A stretch of 64,000 nt of DNA from Eledone cirrhosa (Eukaryota). The notes under the pieces were generated by a model. The model was not told the DNA's origin. It saw nothing but the letters and a program-made list of their open reading frames with translations, and did no database searches. Position 1 is the first letter of the stretch. The number at the start of each line of letters is the position of its first letter. Positions 53,174-64,000 of the stretch are shown here, one piece after another. The stretch lies in assembly GCA_964016885.1 (NCBI GenBank), contig OZ024740.1, forward strand, positions 7,936,001 through 8,000,000, in the 5' to 3' direction. Made by a program: the position numbers and the translations under genes.

Positions 53174-56100
53174 GATTGGTATATCAGTTTCGATTTTTAT
53201 GTCAGTTTCGATTAGTATATGAGTTTCTATTGGTATGTCAGTTTCGATTGGTATATTAGCTTCTATTGGTATATCAGTTTCGATTGGTATGTCAGTTTCA
53301 ATTGGTATGTCAGGTTCGATTAGTATATCAGTTTCTATTGGTATGTCAGTTTCTATTTGTATATCAGTTTGGAATGGTATGACAGTTTCGATTGGTATGT
53401 CAGTTTAGATTGGTATATACGTTTCTATTGGTATATCAGTTTCCATTGGTAGGTCAGTTTCTATTAGTTTGTCAGTTTCGATAAGTATATCAGTTTCTAT
53501 TGGTATGTCTGTTTCTATTGGTATATCAGTTCCTATTGGTATGTAAGTTTCGATTGGTATATCAGTTTCGATTGTTATGTCAGTTTCGATTAGTATATGA
53601 GTTTGTATTGGTATGTCAGTTTCTATTGGTATATCAGCTTCCATTGGTATATCAGTTTCGATTGGTTCATCAGTTCCTATTGCTATATCAGTTTCTATTT
53701 GTATATCAGTTTCGATTAGTATATGAGTTTCTATTGTTACGTCAGTTTCTATTGGTATATTTGCTTCTATTGGTATGTCAGTTTTCGATAGGTATGTCAG
53801 TTTCTATTTGTATGTCAGTTTCGATTATTATATCAGTTACTATTAGTATGTCAGTTTCGATTGGTATGTCAGTTTCGATTCGTATATCAGTTTCGATTGG
53901 TATGTCAGTTTGGATTGATATGTTAGTTTCGATTGGTATGTCAGTTTTGATTGGTATGTCAGTTTCGATTGGTATATCAATTTCGATTGGTACATCAGTT
54001 TCTATTAGTATGTCAGTTTCTATTGGTATATCGGTTTCGATTGGTATGTCAGTTTTGATTGGTATATCAGTTACTACTGGTATGTCAGTTTCGATTAGTA
54101 TATCAGTTTCTATTGGTATGACAGTTTCCATTGGTATGTCAGTTTCTATTGGTATATCAGTTTTGATTGGTATATCAGTTTCGATTCGTATATCAGTTTC
54201 GATTGGTATGTCAGTTTCTATTGGTATATCAGTTTCGATTGGTATGTAAGGTTTGATTGGTATATCACTTTCTATTGGTATGTCAGTTTCGATTATTATA
54301 TCAGTTACTATTGTTATCTCAGTTTCGATAGGTATGTCAGTTTCGATTTGTACGTCAGTTTCTATTGGTATATCAGTTTCTATTGGTATGTCAGTTTCGA
54401 TAGGTATGTCAGTTTCTATTGGTATATCAGTTTCTATTGGTATGTCAGTTTCGATAGGTATGTCAGTTTCGATTGGTATGTCAGTTTCTATTGGTATATC
54501 TGTTTCTATTGGTATGTCAGTTTCGTTTGGTATGTCAATTTCTATTGGTATATCAGTTTCTATTGTAATGTCAGTTTCGATAGGTATGTCAGTTTCGATT
54601 GGTATGTCAGTTTCTATTGGTATATCAGTTTCTATTGGTATGTCAGTATCGATAGGTATGTCAGCTTCTATTGGTATATCAGTTTCGATTGGTATCAGTT
54701 TCGATTGGTATGTCAGTTTCGATTGGTATGTCAGTTTCTATTGGTATATCAGTTTCTATCGGTATGTCAGTTTCGATAGGTATGTCAGTTTCTATTGGTA
54801 TATCAGTTTCGATTGGTATATCAGTTTCGATTGGTATATCAATTTAAATTGGTATGACAGTTTCGATTGGTATGTCAGTTTCGATTATTATATCAGTTAC
54901 TATTGGTATGTCAGTTTCGATTGGAATGTCAGTTTCAATTGGTATGTCAGTTTCTATTGGTATATCTGTTTCGATTTGTATGTCAGGTTCGATTAGTATA
55001 TCAGTTTCTATAGGTATGTCAGTTTCTATTGCTATATCAGTTTTGATTGGTATATCAGTTTCGATTGATATATCAGTTTCGATTAGTATGTCAGTTTCTA
55101 ATGGTATGTCAGTTTCGATTATTATATCAGTTTCTATTGGTATGTCAGTTTCGATTGGTATGTCAGTTTCGATTGGTATATCAGTTTCAATTGGTATGTC
55201 AGTTTCGATTGGTATGCCAGTTTCGATTGGTATGTCAATTTCGATTGGTATATCAGTTTTGATTAATATGTCAGTTTTATTGGTATATCAGTTTCGATTG
55301 GTTTATCTGTTTCGATTGGTATGTCAGTTTCTATTGGGAGATCAGTTTCGATTAGTATATCAGTTTCTATTGGTATGTCAGTTTCGATAGTTATGTTAGT
55401 CCTCGATTTGTACGTCAGTTTCTATTGGTATATCATTTTAGATGGGTATGTCAGTTTCGATTGGTATGTCAGTTTCTATTGGCATATCAGTTTCGAATGT
55501 TATGTCTGTTTCGATTAGTATATCAGTTTCTATAGGTATATCAGTTTCAATTCTTATGTCACTTTCTATTGGTATATCAGTTTCTATTGGTATGTCAGTT
55601 CTATTGGTATATCAATTTCAATATGTATGTTAGTTTCTATTGGTATATCAGTTTCCATTGGTATATCAGTTTCGATTTATATATCAGTTTCGATTAGTAT
55701 GTCAGTTTCTAATGGTATGTCAGTTCCGATTAGTATATCAGTTTCTATTGGTATGTCAGTTTCGATTCGTATGTCAGTTTTGACTGGTATATCAGTTTCG
55801 ATTGGTATATCAGTTTCGATTGGTATATCAGTTTATATTGGTATGTCAGTTTCGATTGGTATGTCAATTTCGATTGGTATATCAGTTTCAATTAGTATGT
55901 CAGTTTCTATTGGTATATCAGTTTCGATTGGTATATCTGTTTCGATTGGTATGTCTGTTTCTATTGGTAGATCAGTTTCGATTAGTATATGAGTTTCTAT
56001 TGGTATGTCTGTTTCGATAGGTATGTTAGTCCTCAATTTGTATCTCAGTTTCTATTGGCATATCAGTTTCGATGGGTATGTCAGTTTCAATTAGTATATC

Positions 56101-59100
56101 AGTTTCTATTGGTATGTCAGTTTCGTTTGGTATGTCAGTTTCTATTGATATATCAGTTTCGAATGGTATGTCTGTTTCGATTAGTATATTAGTTTCTATA
56201 GGTATATCAGTTTCTATTGGTATGTCAGTTTCTATTGTATATCAGTTTCGATTTGTATGTCAGTTTCGATTGGTATGTCAGTTTCTATTGGTATATCAGT
56301 TTCTATTGGTATATCCGTTTCGATTTGTATGTCAGTTTCTATTAGTATATCAGTTTCTACTGGTATGTCAGTTTCGATAGGTATGTCAGTTTTTACTGGT
56401 ATATCAGTTTCGATTGGTATGTCAGTTTCTATTGGTATGTCAGTTTCGATTATTACATCAGTTACTATGGGAATGTTAGTTTCGATTGGTATGTTAGTTA
56501 CTATTGGTATATCAGTTTCGATTAGTATATCAGTTTCTATTGGTATGTCAGTTTCGATAGGTATGTTAGTCCTCAATTTGTATGTCAGTTTCTATTGGCA
56601 TATCAGTTTCGATGGGTATGTCAGTTTCAATTAGTATATCAGTTTCTATTGGTATGTCAGTTTCTATTGGTATATCAGTTTCGAATGGTATGTCTGTTTC
56701 GATTAGTATATTAGTTTCTATAGGTATATCAGTTTCAATTGTTATGTCAGTTTCTATTGGTATATCAGTTTCTATTGGTATGTCAGTTTCTAATGGTATG
56801 TCAGTTTCGATTAGTATATCAGTTTCTATTGGTAAGTCAGCTTCGATTAGTATATCAGTTTCTATTGGTATGTCAGTTTCTATTTGTATATCAGTTTGGA
56901 TTGGTATATCAGATTCGATTAGTATGACAGTTTCGATTGGTATGTCAGTTTCGATTGGTATGTCAGTTTCTATTAGTATATCAGTTTCTATTGGTATGTC
57001 AGTTTCTATTTGTATATCAGTTTGGATTGGTATATCAGATGCGATTGGTATGACAGTTTCAATTGATATGTCAGTTTCGATTAGTATATAAGTTTCTATT
57101 GGTATATCAGTTTCCATTGGTATATCAGTTTCGAATGGTATGTCAATCTCGATTGGTATGTCAGTTTCGATTGGTTTATCAGTTTCTATTGGTATGTCTG
57201 TTTCGATAGGTATGTTAGTCCTCAATTTGTATGTCAGTTTCTATTGGCATATCAGTTTCGATGGGTATGTCAGTTTCAATTAGTATATCAGTTTCTATTG
57301 GTATGTCAGTTTCGATTGGTATGTCAGTTTCTATTGGTATATCAGTTTCGAATGGTATGTCTGTTTCGATTCGTATATTAGTTTCTATAGGTATATCAGT
57401 TTCAATTGTTATGTCAGTTTCTATTGGTATATCAGTTTCTATTGGTATGTCAGTTTCTATTGGTATATCAGTTTCGATTGGTATGTCAGTTTCTATTGGT
57501 ATATCAGTTTCGATTAATATATCAATTTCGATTAGTATGTCAGTTTCTAATGGTATGTCAGTTTTGATTAGTATATCAGTTCCTATTGGTAAGTCAGCTT
57601 CGATTAGTATGTCAGTTTCGATTGGTATGTCAGTTTCGATTGGTATATCAGTTTCTATTGGTATATCAGTTTCGATTGGTATGTCAGTTTCGATTAGTAT
57701 ATCAGTTTCTATTGGTATGTCAGTTTCTATTTGTATATCAGTTTGGATTGGTATATCAGATTCGATTGGTATGACAGTTTCGATTGGTATGTCAGTTTCG
57801 ATTGGTATGTCAGTTTCTATTAGTATATCAGTTTCTATTCGTATGTCAGTTTCTATTTGTATATCAGTTTGGATTGGTATATCAGATTCGATTGGTATGA
57901 CAGTTTCAATTGATATGTCAGTTTCGATTAGTATATAAGTTTCTATTGGTATATCAGTTTCCATTGGTATATCAGTTTCGAATGGTATGTCAATCTCGAT
58001 TGGTATGTCAGTTTCGATTGGTTTATCAGTTTCTATTGGTATGTCTGTTTCTATCGGTATGTTTGTTTCGATTGGTATGTCAGCTTCGATTGGTATTTCA
58101 GTTTCGATTGGTATATCAGTTTCTATTGGTATGTCAGTTTCGATTGGTATGTCAGTTTCGATTGGTATGTCAGTTTCTATTGGTATATCAGTTTCGAATG
58201 GTATGTCTGTTTCGATTACTATATCAGTTTCTATAGGTATATCAGTTTCAATTGTTATGTCAGTTTCTATTGGTATAGCAGTTTCTATTGGTATGTCAGT
58301 TCTATTGGTATATCAATTTCAATTGGTATGTTAGTTTCTATTGGTATATCAGTTTCCATTGGTATGTCAGATTCGATTGGAATGTCAGTTTCTCTTGGTA
58401 TATCAGTTTCGATTGGTATGTCAGTTTCGATTGGTATATCAGTTTCGATTGATATATCAGTTTAGATTTAGATTAGTATGTAAGTTTCGATTGGTATGTC
58501 AGTTTCGATTGGTATATCAGTTTCGAATGGTATGTCAATCTCGATTGGTATGTCAGTTTCTATTGGTATGTCTGTTCCTATTGGTATATCAGTTTTGATT
58601 GGTATATATGTTTCGATTGGTATATCAGTTTCTATTAGTATTTCAGTTTCTATAGTTATATCAGTTTCGATTGGTATATCAGTTTCAATTTGTATGTCAG
58701 TTTCTATTGGTATATCAGTTCCTATTGGTATGACAGGTTTGATTGGTATGTCAGTTTAGATTGGTATGTTAGTCCTAGATTTGTATGTCAGTTTCTATTG
58801 GTATATCAGTTTTCGATTGGTATATCAGTTTCAATTTGTATGTCAGTTTCTATTGGTATATCAATTCCTATTGGTATGTCAGTTTCGATTGGTATATCAG
58901 CTTCGATTGGTACGTCAGTTTCTATTGTTATATCAGTTTCTACTGGTATGTCAGTTTCGATTGGTATGTCAGTTTTTACTGGTATATCAGTTTCGATTGG
59001 TATGTCAGTTTCTATTGGTATGTCAGTTTCGATTATTATATCAGTTACTATTGGTATGTTAGTTTTGATTGGTATGTTAGTTACCATTGGTATATCAGTT

Positions 59101-59343
59101 TCGATTAGTATATCAGTTTCTATTGGTATGTCAGTTTCGATAGGTATGTTAGTCCTCAATTTGTATGTCAGTTTCTATTGGCATATCAGTTTCGATGGGT
59201 ATGTCAGTTTCAATTAGTATATCAGTTTCTATTGGTATGTCAGTTTCGATTGGTATGTCAGTTTCTATTGGTATATCAGTTTCGAATGGTATGTCTGTTT
59301 CGATTTGTATATTAGTTTCTATAGGTATATCAGTTTCAATTGT

Positions 59344-62300
59344 TATGTCAGTTTCTATTGGTATATCAGTTTCTATTGGTATGTCAGTTTCTATTGGTAT
59401 ATCAGTTTCGATTGGTATGTCAGTTTCTATTGGTATATCAGTTTCGATTAATATATCAATTTCGATTAGTATGTCAGTTTCTAATGGTATGTCAGTTTTG
59501 ATTAGTATATCAGTTCCTATTGGTAAGTCAGCTTCGATTAGTATGTCAGTTTCGATTGGTATGTCAGTTTCGATTGGTATATCAGTTTCTATTGGTATAT
59601 CAGTTTCGATTGGTATGTCAGTTTCGATTAGTATATCAGTTTCTATTGGTATGTCAGTTTCTATTTGTATATCAGTTTGGATTGGTATATCAGATTCGAT
59701 TGGTATGACAGTTTCGATTGGTATGTCAGTTTCCATTAGTATATAAGTTTCTATTGGTATATCAGTTTCCATTGGTATATCAGTTTCGAATGGCATGTCA
59801 ATCTCGATTGGTATGTCAGTTTCGATTGGTATATCAGTTTCTATTGGTATGTCAGATTCGATTGGAATGTCAGTTTCTATTGGTATATCAGTTTCGATTG
59901 GTAGGTCTGTTTCTATTGGTATGTCAGTTTCGATTAGTATATCCGTTTCTATTGGTATGTCTGTTTCTATTGATATATCAGTTTAGATTAGTATATCAGT
60001 TTCGACTGGGATTCCAGTTTCGAATGGTATGTCAGTTTCGACTGGTATATCAGTTTCGATTGGTATATCAGTTTAGATTGGTATGTCTGTTTCTATTGGT
60101 ATATCAGTTTTGATTGGTATATCAGTTTCGATTGTTATATCAGTTTCTATTAGTATGCCAGTTTCTATTGGAATATAAGTTTCTATTGGTATATCAGTTT
60201 CAATTTGTATGTCAGTTTCTTTTGGTATATCAGTTTCTATTGGTATGTCAGTTTCGATTGGTATGTCAGTTTCGATTGGTATGTTAGTCCTCGATTTCTA
60301 TGTCAGTTTCTATTGGTATATCAGTTTCGATTTTTATATCAATTTGAATTTGTATATCAGTTTCGATTGGTATATCAGTTCCTATTGCAATATCAGTTTC
60401 TATTGGTGTGTCAGTTTCGATTGGTATGTAAGTTTGTATTGGTATATCAGCTTCGATTGGTATATAAGTTTTGATTAGTATATAAGTTTCTATTGGTATG
60501 TCAGTTTAGATTGGTGTGTCAGTTTTGATTGGTATGTCTGTTTAGATTGGTATATCAGATTCGATTGGTATGACAGTTTCGATTGGTATGTCAGTTTCGA
60601 TTAGTATATAAGTTTCTATTGGTATATCAGTTTCCATTGGTATATCAGTTTCGAATGGCATGTCAATCTCGATTGGTATGTCAGTTTCGATTGGTATATC
60701 AGTTTCTATTGGTATGTCTGTTTCTATTGGTATGTTAGTTTCGATTGGTATGTCAGCTTCGATTGGTATATCTGTTTCGATTGGTATATCAGTTTCTATT
60801 GGTATATCAGTTTCGATTGGTATGTCAGTTTCGATTAGTATATCAGTTTCTATTGGTATGTGAGTTTCTATTTGTATATCAGTTTGGATTGGTATATCAG
60901 TTTTCATTGGTATGTCAGATTCGAATGGAATGTCAGTTTCTATTGGTATATCAGTTTCGATTGGTAGGTCAGTTTATATTGGTATGTCAGCTTCGATTAG
61001 TATATCCGTTTCGATTGGGATTGCAGTTTCGAATGGTATGTCAGTTTCGATTGGTATATCAGTTTCGATTGGTATGTCTGTTTCTATTGGTATATCAGTT
61101 TAGATTGGTATGTCTGTTTCTATTGGTATATCAGTTTTGATTGGTATGTCTGTTTCTATTGGTATATCAGTTTCGATTGTTATATCAGTTTCTATTAGTA
61201 TGTCAGTTTCAATTGGTATATCAGTTTCTATTGGTATATCAGTTTCAATTTGTATGTCAGTTTCGATTGGTATGTCAGTTTCTATTGGTATATCAGTTTC
61301 GATTTTTTTATCAATTTCAATTTGTATATCAGTTTCGATTGGTATATCAGTTACTATTGCTATATCAGTTTCTATTGGCATGTCAGTTTTGATTGGTATG
61401 TAAGTTTAAATTGGTATGTCAGTTTCTATTGGTATGTCAGTTTCTATTGGTATATCAGCTTCGATTGGTATATAAGTTTTGATTAGTATATAAGTTTCTA
61501 TTGGTATGTCAGTTTAGATTGGTATGTCAGTTTCGATTGGTATATCAGTTCCTATTGCTATATCAGTTTCTATTTGTATGTCAGTTTCGATTGGTATGTA
61601 ACTTTCGATTGGTATATCAGTTTCGATTGTTATGTTAGTTTCGATTAGTATATGAGTTTCTTTTGGTATGTCAGTTTCTATTGGTATGTCTGTTTCTATT
61701 GATATATCAGTTTAGATTAGTATATCAGTTTCGACTGGGATTGCAGTTTCGAATGGTATGTCAGTTTCGACTGGTATATCAGTTTAGATTGGTATGTCTG
61801 TTTCTATTGGTATATCAGTTTTGATTGGTATATCAGTTTCGATTGTTATATCAGTTTCTATTAGTATGCCAGTTTCTATTGCAATATAAGTTTCTATTGG
61901 TATATCAGTTTCAATTTGTATGTCAGTTTCTTTTGGTATATCAGTTTCTATTGGTATGTCAGTTTCGATTGGTATGTCAGTTTCAATTGGTATGTTAGTC
62001 CTCGATTTCTATGTCAGTTTCTATTGGTATATCAGTTTCGATTTTTATATCAATTTGAAGTTGTATATCAGTTTCGATTGGTATATCAGTTCCTATTGCA
62101 ATATCAGTTTCTATTGGTGTGTCAGTTTCGATTGGTATGTAAGTTTCAATTGGTATATCAGTTTCTATTGGTATGTCAGTTTGTATTGGTATATCAGCTT
62201 CGATTGGTATATAAGTTTTGATTAGTATATAAGTTTCTATTGGTATGTCAGTTTAGATTGGTGTGTCAGTTTTGATTGGTATGTCTGTTTAGATTGGTAT

Positions 62301-64000
62301 ATCAGATTCGATTGGTATGACAGTTTCGATTGGTATGTCAGTTTCGATTAGTATATAAGTTTCTATTGGTATATCAGTTTCCATTGGTATATCAGTTTCG
62401 AATCGCATGTCAATCTCGATTGGTATGTCAGTTTCGATTGGTATATCAGTTTCTATTGGTATGTCTGTTTCTATTGGTATGTTAGTTTCGATTGGTATGT
62501 CAGCTTCGATTGGTATATCTGTTTCGATTGGTATATCAGTTTCTATTGGTATATCAGCTTCGATTGGTATGTCAGTTTCTATTGTTATATCAGTTTCTAC
62601 TGGTATGTCAGTTTCGATAGGTATGTCAGTTTTTACTGGTATATCAGTTTCGATTGGTATGTCAGTTTCTATTGGTATGTCAGTTTCGATTATTATATCA
62701 GTTACTATTGGTATGTTAGTTTCGATTGGTTTGTTAGTTACCATTGGTATATCAGTTTCGATTAGTATATCAGTTTCTATTGGTATGTCAGTTTCGATAG
62801 GTATGTTAGTCCTCAATTTGTATGTCAGTTTCTATTGGCATATCAGTTTCGATGGGTATGTCAGTTTCTATTGGTATATCAGTTTCTATTGGTATGTCAG
62901 TTTCTATTGGTATATCAGTTTCGATTGGTATGTCAGTTTCTATTGGTATATCAGTTTCGATTAATATATCAATTTCGATTAGTATGTCAGTTTCTAATGG
63001 TATGTCAGTTTTGATTAGTATATCAGTTCCTATTGGTAAGTCAGCTTCTATTAGTATGTCAGTTTCGATTGGTATGTCAGTTTCGATTGGTATATCAGTT
63101 TCTATTGGTATATCAGTTTCGATTGGTATGTCAGTTTCGATTAGTATATCAGTTTCTATTGGTATGTCAGTTTCTATTTGTATATCAGTTTGGATTGGTA
63201 TATCAGATTCGATTGGTATGACAGTTTCGATTGGTATGTCAGTTTCCATTAGTATATAAGTTTCTATTGGTATATCAGTTTCCATTGGTATATCAGTTTC
63301 GAATGGCATGTCAATCTCGATTGGTATGTCAGTTTCGATTGGTATATCAGTTTCTATTGGTATGTCAGATTCGATTGGAATGTCAGTTTCTATTGGTATA
63401 TCAGTTTCGATTGGTAGGTCTGTTTCTATTGGTATGTCAGTTTCGATTAGTATATCCGTTTCTATTGGTATGTCTGTTTCTATTGATATATCAGTTTAGA
63501 TTAGTATATCAGTTTCGACTGGGATTGCAGTTTCGAATGGTATGTCAGTTTCGACTGGTATATCAGTTTCGATTGGTATATCAGTTTAGATTGGTATGTC
63601 TGTTTCTATTGGTATATCAGTTTTGATTGGTATATCAGTTTCGATTGTTCTATCAGTTTCTATTAGTATGCCAGTTTCTATTGGAATATAAGTTTCTATT
63701 GGTATATCAGTTTCAATTTGTATGTCAGTTTCTTTTGGTATATCAGTTTCTATTGGTATGTCAGTTTCGATTGGTATGTCAGTTTCGATTGGTATGTTAG
63801 TCCTCGATTTCTATGTCAGTTTCTATTGGTATATCAGTTTCGATTTTTATATCAATTTGAATTTGTATATCAGTTTCGATTGGTATATCAGTTTCTATTG
63901 CAATATCAGTTTCTATTGGTGTGTCAGTTTCGATTGGTATGTAAGTTTGTATTGGTATATCAGCTTCGATTGGTATATAAGTTTTGATTAGTATATAAGT
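59344..64000 (+). repeat. Higher-order duplication, offset 3513 bp (59344-60487 vs 62857-64000)
   Basis: ORF pairs 59718/63231, 59795/63308, 60205/63718; partial intermediate copy at +1711 (61916). Confidence 0.88.

Larger units (their letters stand above)
47814..64000 (+). repeat. 18-bp satellite, right segment, more diverged; continues beyond window end
   Basis: Same monomer with a visibly higher density of variants and indels after ~50 kb. Confidence 0.99.

Noticed and set aside
24-63991. Hundreds of + strand ORFs (SVSIGM/I, VCQFRL, YVSFDW repeats)
   Set aside because: They arise because an 18-bp monomer is stop-free in several frames. They overlap in all frames and have no unique sequence.
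1-64000. CRISPR-like array
   Set aside because: Monomers are contiguous with no unique spacers, there are no cas genes, and the LINE indicates a eukaryotic context.
1-64000. Assignment as centromere or telomere, and origin from a 9-bp subrepeat
   Set aside because: No sequence-only evidence of function, no telomeric motif, and the half-monomer similarity is weak and out of register.

Overview
Eukaryotic (animal) repetitive DNA with no host genes. About 60 kb is one head-to-tail, single-orientation 18-bp satellite (consensus TCAGTTTCKATTGGTATR, roughly 3,350 monomers), built from nested kb-scale duplications and more degenerate toward the right end. Two same-strand retroinsertions interrupt it. 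The first is an RTE-clade LINE (21239-24803) with an intact 1039-aa ORF (APE endonuclease plus RT) that carries a complete C4HC3 PHD-type finger inside the RT domain. The second is a ~67-bp 3' stub of a related element (47749-47815). Both (GAT)n tails join the satellite at the same monomer position (GGT|ATRTCAG) through microhomology and lack target-site duplications. The monomer is also a cryptic G-U palindrome, and its two dimorphic sites are silent in one minus-strand frame. All other ORFs in the track are satellite artefacts. The 3' UTR resembles octopus RTE/SINE tails from memory; this is unverified.
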